A stretch of 64,000 bases of DNA from Salpingoeca rosetta. Lineage: Eukaryota > Protista > Choanoflagellata. Below, piece after piece: positions 1 to 14,743 of this stretch; position 1 is the first letter of the stretch, and each line of letters opens with the position of its first letter. Location of the stretch: contig JAWQFM010000034.1 in assembly GCA_033442325.1 (NCBI GenBank), positions 522,347 through 586,346 of the forward strand, given 5' to 3'. Position numbers and translations under genes: made by a program. The notes under the pieces are model-generated. The model ran no database searches. It was not told the origin of the DNA and was given only the letters and a program-made list of their open reading frames with translations.

Positions 1-45
1 CACACACACACAACACCCACACACACAACACACACGCACACACAC

Positions 46-76
<31 letters not shown>

Positions 77-862
77 TCCCACCACAACGTCGTTTTCGTT
101 CTTGTTGGTGGCGATGACGTCCTTAAAGTAGCGGCCAGCGACCTGCAGGCAGTGCTTCTCCTTTGCACTGCTGGCACTGCCACTCCCGCTCATGCTGCTG
201 CTTCGGCTGTGCTTGCGCGACACCGACCGTCGCTGTCCATCTGGTGTGCTCTCATCTTGGACTGCGTCCGTAGAGAGAGTGTGTGTACGGGTGAGAAGCA
301 TCAGGTGCATATGTTGCATGTGTGTGTGTGTGTGTGTGTGTGACGTGAACAAAGGCACTTGCGCTGTTTTGGCCGTGATCAAGCAGCATTGATTACAGGA
401 AAAAAAAAAAAAACGACCACAAGTGCACCATAATCTGTCACCGCGGCCAAGATGGCATGTCTTGCTCACTTTCTCTTGGCGGTGAGAAGGAGGGCAAAGA
501 GCTGCAGGCCCTGGCGGTGTGTTGGGCAGAGGGATAGACACGACCACACCGCCCCCTCTGCATCGTCGGTGGCGCGCGCGGGTGCGAGTGTCAGCGCCTC
601 CAAGTCCATGTCATCGGCCGTCTTGAGGTCGCCATCTTTCCTCATGATGTGTTTGACTTGCACACCCGCTGTCTATGGGGTTTGTTGTTGTGGTCATGTG
701 GTTTCACATTTTTTTACTTATTTACCTCAACCTACCGCTCTGCTTTAGACTTTTATGGTCTCNNNNNNNNNNNNNNNNNNNNNNNNNNNNNNNNNNNNNN
801 NNNNNNNNNNNNNNNNNNNNNNNNNNNNNNNNNNNNNNNNNNNNNNNNNNNNNNNNNNNNNN

Positions 863-904
<42 letters not shown>

Positions 905-1052
905 GAAGGGTAGCAGCGTGTCAGTTTGCCACGTGCGCATGGACGTACGGCGTTGGAGCAGTGTGTCTTGAACAGAGCTCAAAGGCTGCAGGGAACAGTC
1001 GTTTGCTTGTGTTCGTGACGTCAAAAGCAAGCATGGATAAGCAGCTACCAAG

Positions 1053-1098
<46 letters not shown>

Positions 1099-1501
1099 GC
1101 GCGCGCGCACGCACATACACACACAAGCATACACGCACACACACACACACACAGAGCAGCAGCAGCGGCAAGCTGTGACTCACCGAGCAAGTGGACATGC
1201 GACGAAGATGCTTGGTCTTGGTCTGGACTGCCACTTTGGGCTATTGCGCTGCGAAGGGCCGCCTGCTCTTGTTCTTGCAAGACATATTGCTCCAGCTCAC
1301 ATTCACCGAGAATCAAGTTCCGCAACGCTGTCATGAGCACGCATGCATCATCAATGGGACGTGAGCGAACTGTCTTGACTGTCTTTCGTTTGTTGGAAAG
1401 GCAACCGAATGGAAGTTGGACCAGGCACTTGGGCTCCTGCTCACACGCACACACAACACACACACACACACACAGACACATACACAACACACACACACAC
1501 A

Positions 1502-1588
<87 letters not shown>

Positions 1589-1886
1589 TAAACGTACATT
1601 GGGCCTGGGCCACGCTGGAGGATGGCAGCGTGTGGGATGCGGCCCGCAACGATGCGTAGCGACCAAACAAGCGGTGCTGGTCAATCTCGGCCAGCAACAA
1701 GGAGCCGCCCTGGGTTCAGCAAAGAGATCGTGGGTGAGGGAGTGAGCGAGTGAGTGAGATAGTGAGGAAGAAAGATAGATCAACGCACGACATGTCACAT
1801 CACATCAAGCACCACTGTACACTCTTTCCTCAGCGCACCTTTGTGGATCCTCGCTTGTCATCCGATGCTCCCACACTGCCGCTCAT
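1..1886 (-). CDS. Hypothetical multi-exon protein, 3' end runs off the window and is interrupted by an assembly gap
   Basis: Candidate ATG at 1886 (MSGSVGASDDKRGSTK|gtgcgc). Spliceable exons near 1598-1710 (GGSLLLAEIDQHRLFGRY...), 1184-1370 (RSRPIDDACVLMTALRNLILGECE...), 470-670 (VKHIMRKDGDLKTADD...) and 85-270 (DESTPDGQRRS...YFKDVIATNKNEND), separated by CA/TG-repeat introns. No recognisable domain. Confidence 0.4.
763..862. other. Assembly gap (100 N)
   Basis: Run of exactly 100 N next to a TG microsatellite. Confidence 0.99.
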
Positions 1887-1978
1887 CTCCGCTGTTGCTG
1901 TTGTGCAGTTCCAAACGCAGTTTATGCTGTTGCGAGTCGTGATGTTTGGGCATTTTTGTGTGTCGTGCTGTCGCACTG

Positions 1979-2107
<129 letters not shown>

Positions 2108-2724
2108 CGGTGTCAACGTTGCAGCGATGCCAGTTGCTGCTCAGTCATGACCGCCGCCAACACAACCACCGCGCGTATGCACCAATGTCACTTACAACAC
2201 ATTTATGCATCGTCACTTCACATACGTGCAAATCAAGGACCATCAAGCTAAACGCTCAAACAAAATGTGCCTGCCCTATGGAACAACAGCAAAGGAATGG
2301 AGATTTCATGGGATAACACAAGGGAGAAGTCGAATGCAACACAACATCATGCAACATTACAGGGCTACAGCATAACACGGGCGGGAAAAGAAAAGCAGCA
2401 AAGGAAAGCAAGCACGCAAGATACGAGTGGGCAGACGTCAAGGAGGCATTTCAAGTTCAACTAAACAAAAGCAACTCCTACACTCAGCTACAATACACAA
2501 CAGCGACATGCAAGAGACAGTCACACGTGCACAATTGCAGTGCGAAATTGACAACACACACACAGACACACACACAGACACAGGAACACACACAGACACA
2601 GGAACACACACACACACACACACACCCACACCCACACACACAGAGACACAGAGACACACAGACACACAGGCACACACACACACAGACTCACAGACATAGA
2701 CACACACATGTACACACGACATGT

Positions 2725-2999
2725 TCACATGTCGGCGGAAGCCTTGATGCGGAGGGCAATGGCCTCAAACGTGGGCCGCTGTGCAGGATCCTGTGCCATG
2801 CACTCGCGCGACAGCGAGGTGACCAGGCCAGGCACACCTGTCAACAGTCATGGTGATGGTGGTGCAATGCGTGAGCATCGTGATGTGAGCGAAGAACACG
2901 CTTCTGTGAGCAGGTAGCACAGCATCATCCGCTCCTCGTTCTCCTGTACACTTCTCTCATTTGTTGCCCTCTCTCCCTTCCTACCACCCGCTGCCCCCA

Positions 3000-3070
<71 letters not shown>

Positions 3071-3826
3071 CCCACCACCACACCTGTAGTGTCGTTGTCG
3101 TCTGTGAGAGCAAGGCGCTTCCCCTCGTTGAGAAGTGTGGACATTGTGCTGAGCAGTGGCCCCCTGAAGCCAGACCCTTTCTCCTGTGCAATCAAATCAG
3201 GTTGGTGTTCCGTCACCATCTCCCACAGCACGACGCCAAAGCTGAACACGTCTGCCTTTGCGTCGTACTTGCTGCCCATCAGCACCTCAGGCGCCATGTA
3301 CATGGGCGTGCCAATGCCAGCGGTGAGATTGAGGCGGTGGGTGGTCGCGCTCGTCTCCGCAGAGTACGTGAGCTCCTGCGGATATGCCGATGACGCCGAT
3401 AGCAGCGTGTCGGGGGCGCCAGTTGCGGTGGTGAATGATGCTGTGGCGGCTGTTGGAGACGTGGGCTCTGATGGTGTGGCTGATGATGATGACTGCTGCT
3501 GCTGCTGCTGCTGTTGGTGTTGCAGGTCCTGCTGGTGCGCTGTGGTTGTTCCCATCACAGATATGGTGGGACGTGACACACGATCCATATGTGCAGTTGT
3601 TGCTGTCGTTGCTGCTGTTGTTGCGGCGGGTGCTGTGCTCGTGGCAGTCAAGTGCTGGCGAATGGTTCCAAAGTCGGTGATCTTCGCGCGCAAATGTTTT
3701 GACACCAGCACGTTGCCGCTCTTCAAGTCTCTGCAGTGGTTTGTGTGTGTGTGTGTGCAGGGTGAGCTGAGGATGGGTGTTACGTTCAGCAGCGTTATGT
3801 TACAACACACACACACACAGATACAC

Positions 3827-3873
<47 letters not shown>

Positions 3874-6800
3874 CACCTGTGAAAGTGGCCCAGGCGGTGG
3901 ATGAATGCCATTCCGTCCGCGACATCGAGAGCGAGCCGCTGCTTCAGCTCCCACACGTCCGCAGGCGGGCGCTCACGCTGGTGCCGGCGAATGGAATCAC
4001 GATCATAGCTGTGCTCCAACGCAATACCACCACCACCACCACGACCACCACCACTGGTGCTGCTGTTGCTGTGGCCTGGTGTACCAAGCTCAATGTCTCC
4101 ACCACCGCCATATCCACTGTTGTGATCATCGTCGTCATCAGTGCCACTCATATCGTCGAGCAGACGCGTGCGCAGGTCAGAGCCATCAAGGGCAGTTGTC
4201 TTCACTTTGTTGTGTTGGCGACGCTGAACGCGACGGCGTTGCTGTTGCTGTTGTTGCTGATCGCCACGATACTGCTTCCGTCCACCACCATTACTGCCAC
4301 CACTGCCACCACCGCCCAACGCTGCTGTCTGCATGGTGCGAAGGATGCGCTTGTAGTCCTGCAGCAGCTGTGGCAGCTTCCCCTTGCGCAGCAGGCCGCG
4401 CAGGGAGCCGTGTGCGACAAATTCGAGGACGAGAAAGGGGGAGCCACCGGGGCGGGTGCCGGCGCCAAAGAAGCGCACCACGTTTGGGTGGCGCGTGCAG
4501 CGCAGAAACTCCACCTCCTTCTCAAACTCTGCCACCGTGCTCTCGTCAAACAGCATCACGTTCTGCTTCAGCACCTTCACCGCCACGGGCACGGCGTCCC
4601 ACTCTGCCCGCCACACGTCCCCGTGCGCCCCCGACGCAACGCACTTCTCAAACCGCAGCTCCTCGTGCCCAATCTCCCACACGGCTTTGAGAGCCTTCAC
4701 TTCCTCGTTTGTCTTATCAAGCTCGCGCTGCTTCTGTCTGTTGTCGGCGTCCAAGTTGACGTTGCGCTGCTGCGTGCGGCGGTAGCGTCTGTACTGGTAG
4801 TACAGGATGGGGAGCACCACCACCATCACCACGATGAACGTGACGCTCAGCGCAATGACAATGATGCTCGTGGGGTCTTCCACGCACTTGCCGGCACGCG
4901 CCGTGTACCCGTTGCTGCACTGGCAGCGGAAGTTGTATGCGAGCTGGGACTGAATTGCCTCCGTCTGGTCGACAGGCCGCACGTTTTCGTTGAGAAAGCC
5001 AATGCGGCACTGCACGGGTGTGTTCTGCATGGTGACGACAGGCGCCTCTGCGCGGCTGTGCAAACTGGACCGATCTTCCGCCTGGAACTGCTGCGTGGAG
5101 AGGATGGTTGGGCGCCGCGTGACGTCGCGGATCTCGTCCAGGCCGTACAGCCACGTGCTGTCGGTGAAATCCACCACCTCGACATTGCGCAAGCAGCGCT
5201 GAAACAGCTCCACGCCGCGCTGTGCGAGCAAGGGATTTTGCACACCGCGATAAAACAGGACACGCGAGCCCCACTCGCCACACAGGGGGGTGATGGAGGA
5301 GATCTTGGTGTAGGACAGGTCAATCACATCGGCGCGCGGCAGCAGCAGCGTCTGCATCTTTTCCGAGCGGAACAGGTTGAGTTGCTCAAGCGGGTTGTGG
5401 ATGTGCACGGTGTGCAGCTGTGCGTTCTCTTGCAGGAACACGGCGCGGAAGGTGATGTTGGGGCACACGTTGATGCTGGTGTAACCGGTGCTGGTTAGCA
5501 TGAGCTCCTCCACGTTGGGGTCGAGTGCCTGGCACAGCACATCGGATGGGATGGTGGCTTCCGTCATGCCAGGCCACCCCGCCGCGAACCGCTTCAGACG
5601 GAAGCGACGCGATCGCACGCTCTGGTCGAACACCGCCGGCAACTCAATGTTCCGCACATCCAGCACGCGCAGTGGCAAGATACCAGCACCACCAGCACCA
5701 GCACCATCATCATTCGCAGGGGTGGCGGTGGCAGCGCGGGCCTCGATTTCCGGGATGGGGAGCACGCGCGCCTCTTCAAAGCTTGGATCAGCGCTCAGCT
5801 CAAGCGTGGTCAGGTGCGGCAGCACAAATGCGAGCGTGAAGTTGACCCACGGCACACGGTGGTTGTTCATGCGCAGCGTGGTGAGGTTGGGGAAGATGCC
5901 GGCGTCAGGCTGTTCCACGAGTGGGTTGTCGTGGATGCGCAGGATTTTGAGTCCGGGAAGTGGCACGTGGTCAAATTGCGTCATGCGGTTGTCGGACAGC
6001 ACAAGCTCAGTCAGGCGTGGGCAGCCGCTCAGGAGGTTGTAGGCAACGCGTGTGAGGGCGTTGCCGCTCAGGTCAACATACTCCAGCGCTGGCACGGTGG
6101 TGAATGTTTCTGGATCGATGTCGTTGATGCTGTTGCTGAGGAGGGACAGGGTGGTGAGGCTCTCCGGCCCATGAAATGCGTTTGGATCCACGTTTCGAAC
6201 GTCGTTGTCGGAGATGTAGAGCTCCTTGAGGCGCGTCAGGCGTGCAAACAGCATGGCAGGGAGGTGCGTGATGTCGTTGCCCGTGAGCGTGAGGAAGACG
6301 AGGCGGGTGAGCTTGTCAAAGGTGCCAACCTCAATCTCCGTGAACCTGTTGTGAAACAGCCACAGCTCTTGCAGCCGCGTGTTGTGCTCAAACAGGCCTG
6401 TTGGCAGCTTGGTGGCGCGCGTGGTGGTGAGGTACAAGTGCCGCAGGCGTGTCAGCTTGGCAAACAGGGGGGTAGGGAAGGCCTCGATGGGGTTCTGGTC
6501 GAGGTTGAGGCGACGCAGGTCGACAACGGAGAGCAGTGCGTCATCGTCGAGTTTGGAGATGCCGTTGTTGCTGAGGTCGAGCTCACGCAGCGAGATGAGG
6601 CCAGCAAACGTGCGGGCGACAACATTTGATATGCGGTTGTTGCGGAGGGAGAGGGTGGCGAGCTGCGGTGTCGCCGAGAACGCCCCAGGTTCAATGGCCG
6701 CGAGTTGGTTGCCGTCCCATGTCAGCTGCTTGAGATTTGGCATGACGGCCAGGGTGGCCTGTGGCAGCTGGCTCAGGCTGTTGCGCGTGACGTCGAGGGT

Positions 6801-7463
6801 GGTGATGCTGTCGCCGAGCGTAAAGGGAATGGTATTGACAGCCGCGTTTGTGGGCACGAGGCGTGTGATGTCGTTGCCTGCCAGGTCGACGGTGTGCACG
6901 TTGGTCATGGGGTTGAGCACAGCGAGCGGAAACTCGACGCCCTCATATCCACGGATGGTGATGTTGGTGACCGTATCCCAGCGAAACTGAAGCAGCCACA
7001 CCAGGTCCTCCAGGAACACAGACCCTTCGATGATGAGGTTCGTGGGGGTTGTGGGATCAATAAAGAACTTGTTGAAGATGTCGATTTCATCAAGGTACCA
7101 GACGGGCAGCGGCTTGCCACTGCCTTGGATCTTGAGCACCATCTCTGGCACATCACGAGGGTTGGTGCAGTCGAATGGGGTGGACCGAGTGAGGGTGCAC
7201 ACGACAGCACGGTCTGCAAACCGCTGTGCGCGTGTCGTTGATGTTGTGGTTGTTGTCGTGCTTGCGGTTGTCGTGGTTGTTGCAGGTGTGGTGGTTGTAC
7301 TGGCACGCCGCACGCGCTGCACCACCTGCTCCTGCGGTGGCTGACTTGGCAGTCGAGGTGGTGGTGGTGGTGGGGGTGGTGGTGGCGTTGATGTAGGAGG
7401 TGGCGGTGGAGGACAGAATTGGTTGACAAACGCCTCGATGGTTCGCAAGTGAGAGAGCTCTGT

Positions 7464-7532
<69 letters not shown>

Positions 7533-7722
7533 TGGTGGAGGGGGACTGTTGTTTAAGGTTGTCATGCACCGCAAGGGTTTTGGGCCAGTACCTGTGATGT
7601 ACGGGGGGTACACAGGACATGGTTGGCACGTGGATCTATGATGGCCCGCTCACGGATCCTGCGTCGGAGTTTAAGGTGCGCCATCGTACCGCCATCTCCC
7701 CCGGCCGCCAACGAGCCCCTCA

Positions 7723-7791
<69 letters not shown>

Positions 7792-8353
7792 TGTGATGGG
7801 GGGGGGGACAGTGAGCCACTCAACATTGTTAGCTGACGCACACAGATACGCACAGATACACGGATACACACACAGACAGACAGACAGACAGACACACACA
7901 CACATACACATACACACACAGCAACAATGACCCTTTTGCTCCCCCCTCCCAGCGGCCGGACTCACCGGTGGCGTCATTGTCGCCGCTGACATAGCTGCCC
8001 GTGTGACGCTGCTCGCGGGATTGGATGGATTGGAGCAGCGCGTGTATCGATGAGCGGATGCTGGTGCACGAGTCTGCGTGTGCGCTGCATCCTGCGCCCA
8101 CCCACGCTGGAGCGGCCAAGGTGGCTGCGGTTGCATTCGTACTCGTACTGACTGTCGGCGCTGTTGTTGTTGTTGTGGTCGTCGGTACAGCAACAGCAGC
8201 AGTACCGGCGCCGATCAATGCAAACACCAGACAGGTGGTGACGGTGATGGCGATCAAAACGCCTCCGTGCTGCAGTGGAGTGACACTGCGTGTCTTCCGG
8301 TGTCGTGGGGTGGCGTCAGCCATGCCGTCTTGCCTCCCCGTCTTCTCCTCCAT
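2725..8353 (-). CDS. LRR receptor-like TKL Ser/Thr protein kinase, paralog 1
   Basis: Exons 8353-7966, 7459-3877, 3730-3084 and 2837-2725 (GT-AG, phases consistent). N-terminal hydrophobic segment ([20 protein letters not shown]), many LxxLxLxxNxI repeats, CxC...C juxtamembrane motif, TM ([23 protein letters not shown]), kinase motifs [37 protein letters not shown]-terminal [12 protein letters not shown]. Confidence 0.93.
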
Positions 8354-8872
8354 CGCCACGGCTAACGAGCGTTGACGATGGTGGGCGGGGAAGTGGCGGT
8401 GAGGGCAGTGGGAGAGACGCTCAGAGACGCTCACAAAGACGAGTGCTCCTCTGTCCTCGTTTGTCGTTGTGCTGGTTGCGTGCGCTTGCACTTGTTGGAA
8501 GTGTATTGGGTGGTGTTTTGCTGCGTGTGTGCGTGTGTGTGGGTGTTTTTTCTTCTTCTTTGCGCGATTGAAGAACACACAAAGCAAGCGCGTGCAACAT
8601 GCTGATGTGCGTGCGTGTGTGTGCGTGTTGTGTGTACGAGTTGTGCGTGTGCGTGTGTGTTGTGTGACGTTTATGCCTCATGGCACGTCATGCCTGACAG
8701 TGTGGCAATGTAGCGTAGTCAAAGGAAGGCGAGCAAGGAGTAACAGCGAGGGAGGGCGAGCGAGCGGATAACAAAGCGATTTCGGGAACAGTGCCATGGT
8801 CCTATGGCCAGAGTGAGTGTTTCAATGAACAACATAACAACAACACAGCATAAGGATAACAAGGGCGTCAAA

Positions 8873-8986
8873 TCATAAGTCTGTGTGGATGACGTTTGAC
8901 TTTGCGTGGACCAGCATCAAGCTTGGCGCGCCCTCAGTGCAGTTGGACATGTTGGTAAAGTATTCCAGCGGGTGTTCCTGCGTGAT

Positions 8987-9071
<85 letters not shown>

Positions 9072-9398
9072 GAAGGTTACAAGATAGCTTTGAGGGAGGG
9101 GCAAGGGTGTGATGGGCGTTCAGGGATAGGGCAGGTCGTTGTGTGATGGGTCAACCCCCTTTTTCCCAAGATCGCGGCATCGCACTTCATCAAACGGTGG
9201 ACGGGAAAGTGGCATGAGTGTGAGTGCAGTCGCGGTCGTGGTCTGCGACAACAAACGTTGAACAGCCTGCAACACACAAGGCGTAATGCACAGCACCACG
9301 TGCTTCAGAAACGGGTACGGGGGAGCGTGGAAGGGTGCATGTAGTGACGCACGCGCTGACAGATACACAGAGACAGAGAAAAAGAGACAGACAGACAG

Positions 9399-9433
<35 letters not shown>

Positions 9434-9632
9434 CGCATACAGACGGACAGACGGACAGGCAGATGGAGAGACACAGACACACGCACATACACACACCTGT
9501 AGGCGTTGCGAGAGGGACCAGGAGGCGAAGAATGGGGAGCGGCTGTTCACTGCAGGGTACACGAGCGGGTCTGAATGCACAAACGCGGCATGCCAGCCAC
9601 GATCACGACGACGGCGTTGTTGTTGTTGTTGG

Positions 9633-9717
<85 letters not shown>

Positions 9718-10076
9718 GGTGTTGCTGTGACGATTCAAACGTGTGGGATGGGTTGGAACTTGGCGTACTGGCGGCGGCAGTGCTGGTCGTGGATGGGTGA
9801 CGAGAAGAGGAGAGGACGCTGCGAGCAACGCTGCTGTTGCTGTTGTTGCTGTTGCTACTGCTGGTGGTGATGGTGGTGGTTTGTTGTTGCCCTTGTTGAA
9901 GTTCGTCCAAGCCGATCACACACATTTTGGCATCCATTCTGCACAGAGTCAAATAAGTGCAGGTCACAGTTGAAGGGTGTGAGATACAAACCGATTCCTG
10001 CTCGTTGGGTCGGGTCGACAGTGACGTGGCTCTCATTGCAATTGGCAATGGCGACAGCAACGGTCACAAAAACGTT

Positions 10077-10125
<49 letters not shown>

Positions 10126-10714
10126 CGCACACCTGATGTGCTGCAAGTAGTGCCGCCAGCGCTCAGCCTCACGCATCTTATGTTCACGGCTGTTGACAAC
10201 AACGACAACGCGCATTTTGCTGTTTCGCGCCCATTTCGTGTTCATGCGAAGCGTGCTGCGTTGGCGAATGTCAAGCATTTGCGTGAGTGCACGCGTTTGC
10301 ACACGGGCGGGCGCGTAAGAACACAAGAAAGGTGTGTGAGCCATGTTGGGGAAGTAGTGACAGACGATGCAGATGAAAGTTGCGCTGTTCACTCCAAAAC
10401 ACACACACACACACATGCTGACGCACCTGGCCAACTGCAGGCACATGCGCACGGAGTTTGCGTGCTCCACCCAGTCCATCGCCTGCCCCTCCCACAACGT
10501 GAGTGGAACGGTGTGCACATCCACGGTCATGAGACGATCCATTTCAAAAGTAGACAGGCTCCTGTTTCTTGAGCGCCGCATCCATTGCCGATAGGTTTCC
10601 ATCTGCTCGCTGTGCAACGCGCGGAAGTTGCGACACACAACCAGGCTGAACTGCGTCAGCATGATATCCTGCCCACGCGTGCATGCATGTACCAGCAAAG
10701 GGGCGGGAGAGGGG

Positions 10715-10800
<86 letters not shown>

Positions 10801-11398
10801 AGAAAGTGGTACCCCGAGCGACAACATCGTCTCACGCACACACACAAGAGATCACAACTGGCGAGCATGATGCAACGTGACAGCTACAAGACATCCTGCT
10901 GCCACCACCACCACCCACCCGTTGCAGGGCAACCCAGTCTGCAGGTGTGATTGGCGCTGATGGCGTTGGCCAGGGCAGCATGACGAGATTTGGACGCACG
11001 GGTCCCATGCCCGTCAGCATCAACACGTGGCGGAGGCCCTGTGGGGGGGGGGTTTGTGTTTGTGTATGCGTGCGTACGTGTGTGCGTGTGTGTGTGTGTT
11101 TGTGTGTTTGTGTGTGTGTGTGTGTGGTGTGTCAGACATGAGCTGCAGCCGAGCAAGAAAGACAAAACGGTCCTCGGGCACACGAGCTCCCAACTGTATG
11201 TGTATACACACACAGGGCACCTCTGATATGGAGTGGGCGACGGTGACAACAGGAAGGGCCTTGAGCTGCAGCTGTGCAATGAACGAATTCCACGCACGAA
11301 GCTGTGGTGTTGTCGTGCGTTCAACGCATGGAGGCAGTGAGGTTGTGGTGGGCAGGACCGGCACACGACACACATGATTTGAACTGGCACACAGGGGG

Positions 11399-11443
<45 letters not shown>

Positions 11444-13615
11444 CACCTGCACGCCACACGAAGGACAAGCAAAGTCATGCAAAGCAAGCGCAGCTCCGCC
11501 ACCACCACCACCCCATTTGGTTGCTCACGTGATCATCGCGAGAGGCAAGGGAATATTCGCTAAACGCGTCCACAACAACAGACGCCAGGACAAACAGTCC
11601 ACCCTTCTTCATGGCGTTGGCAACCTTGGCAAGATAGACATTGTCTGCTTCATGGAACTCTGGAGACTGAAGAGTGAACCATGGTCAGAGGTGGAATGTG
11701 AGCACACACATGCATGCGTGCGTGTGTATGTGCGTGTGCATGGGGATGTGTGTGTGTGAGGTAATGAGTGGTGGGTGGTGAGAAAAATGATACCGTGTTC
11801 CGGCAACATCAGAGATTGCGCACTTGCAAAAGTTGTGCAGTAACATAATGACACCACCACCACCAGCAACAACACACAGCGCCACACCACCGCCAACACC
11901 AGCCCAAGTCGCTCGCTCACGCCCACCTGCAGATGCAGCAGCAGCGGCGCCGGTCGCCAGAAGCGAGCGGACAACAGCGCGCGCTGTTGCGTCTCGCGGC
12001 GGCCAAGTTGCATTAGGTACTTGCGGACCTGCTGGAAGATGATGGCTTGCGTCACCTCGCCAAAGTCCGTTGGTGGCGCAAACGCCGTGAACAGCCCAAC
12101 AAACAGGAAAAACGCGCCTGCGTGCGCGCACACGTGCATATGCATTCAAACGTGAGTGAGGGTGCATTGATGTGTGCGTTTGTGTGCGTTTGTGTGCGTG
12201 TTGCGAGAAGAGTACAACGGTCGCAACACCATGAAGTCCGACGTCGCACATTCACGCACAAAAAAAAAAACACACACACACACAGACACACGCACACGCA
12301 CACGCACACACACATGCACAGACACACGAACACACACACACACACACACAAACACACGCACACACACAAACACACGCGCGCGCGCACACACACACACACG
12401 CACGCACACGCACACACACGAACACACAAACACACACTCACACACACGCGCGCGCACATACAACGAACCGATGAAGTAGAGCGTGAGTGTTTCGTCGATG
12501 CTGAACATGGTGACGAGAGGAATGACCATCCCCGCAAGCGCCGTCCAGCGATTCCACAGGCGGAACCTGTACGAAGGGGAAGGAGGGGGGTACGTGCACG
12601 TGCACGTGTGCGTGCGTGTGAGTGTGTGTGAAAAGTGTATTTTGTGTGTGTATGTGTGCATGTGTGACAGAAAGAGAAGATATACACACACACACACAAC
12701 TCAACACACACACGCACATGAGACGCACACGACACACACACACACACATGAGACGCACACGACACACACAAGACAACACACACATAAGACGCACACGACA
12801 CACACACAAGACAACACACACACACACAACACACCTGGGGCGGAAGTTTGGAGCGCCAATGAGAACCAGCACGAGGATGGCAGCGTTGACAATGGCGGTG
12901 AAGAAGAGATATGTGAGCGAGAGGATCCAGGCCACGCTGTCTGGTCGCCCGATGAACACGAGCGCTTGCATCAGCGCCCTGCAAACAAGGAGAAGCAGTG
13001 ACGCATGCACACTCTCGTGTAAGAACATGCGTGTCAATCATCAAAGCGAAAAAACAAAAATCATGGTAGTGGCTGCAAGCTGACCGGCCCACACAACCAC
13101 AACTTCAAACGATCACGGCCATCATGACACGACAAGAACGCTTGTCACCACAACGGCGATCACAGCGACGACAACAGCTACCGCAACGACGTCTGCCACC
13201 AACTAATACGACAAGCACGACGACGACGACGACAAGCACGACAACGACGATTATGACTGCTGACCATGCGACAATGAGGTGCCATCTGCGGGCGATGAAG
13301 TTTGAGGGGCGGGCAATCCAGGGGAAGCGAGACGCGTTGAGGAACGGTAACATGCCGTCACACGCCTGGTACATGGTGATGGAGGCGTGTGGAGGAAGAA
13401 GAGGGTGGGGGTCGGTGTGAGGGCAATGGAGAGGGAAGGAGAAGGACAAGAAATGCTGGTGTGGGTATGCTTTTCTGATGCCCCAGAGCATCGCGCAGGA
13501 CTTGGAATTGGGACAACACAAGAAGGGTGCAGATAGTGGAAGCAAGAACTGAGCACTCGGTTATCACACACACACACACACACGCACGCACACGCACACA
13601 CACACACACGCACGC

Positions 13616-13665
<50 letters not shown>

Positions 13666-13679
13666 GCACGCACACGCAC

Positions 13680-13742
<63 letters not shown>

Positions 13743-14385
13743 TACCATGCAGTTGAGGGTGTTGCTGGCTGAGAGGAGGTGCACAGTTGCCGATCCGAGA
13801 CAGCAGGCCATCATCCCAAGGAGCACAAACCACTCGTTGACGCACACGCGCAGCATCACCCCGCGCGCACCTGTGCACAGCACCAAGGTAAGGTACGCAT
13901 GTGTGAATGTGTGTGTTGCGTGTGTATTGCGTGGGCGTGTCATGTGGGCGTGTTGCGTGAGGTACAGGATGCAATTGACGTGCAAGATGGTGTCAGAAGG
14001 CACACGATCAACGGACACGCGAACACCAACCGAGCTTCAACCAACACACACACACATGTGCACACGCGCACCTTCTGGGAGCATCCAGAGGCGCCAAATG
14101 CTGGCGGCAACGATGATGGATGTGATGGAGAAGAGGAAGACGCCGGTCGCAGATGCAAACAGCAGCCCCTTTGGCATGGCTTTGCCTGCAAGCAAACAAC
14201 AGGTATACGTGTGTATGGGGTATTGCGTCGCAACGAAGAAAGCGACAGAGTGCGGACATATGCAGGCAAGTTTACAAACAGAACACCAGACAGGCAGACA
14301 ACAACATGCACACATGCACACACATGCACACACATGCACACACACGCGCGCGCGCGCACACACACACACACACACACAACGCACA

Positions 14386-14433
<48 letters not shown>

Positions 14434-14670
14434 TCCACATCTACAACACAACCCACCTGCTGATCTGACTTCGCCCGTGAGGGAGACACCGCAGAGGAGA
14501 CCGGAAAACGCGGCAAAGACGACGCTGAACATGTGCAGGAAGTTGCGGAAGTCGCTCCCCTAGTGATGGTGGTGGCCGGTGGTGGTGGAGGGTGAGAACG
14601 TGGTAAGGATGGTGATGGATGTTGGCAGATGCACAGCCCCTCGCATGGCACAAGGCCCACACGTGCACGC

Positions 14671-14743
<73 letters not shown>

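Noticed and set aside
3777-5498. Long antisense ORFs opposite the LRR kinases (e.g. 573 aa on +, also 20806-21855 and 51854-53014)
   Set aside because: Shadow ORFs caused by GC-rich codon bias on the coding strand; no domain signal.
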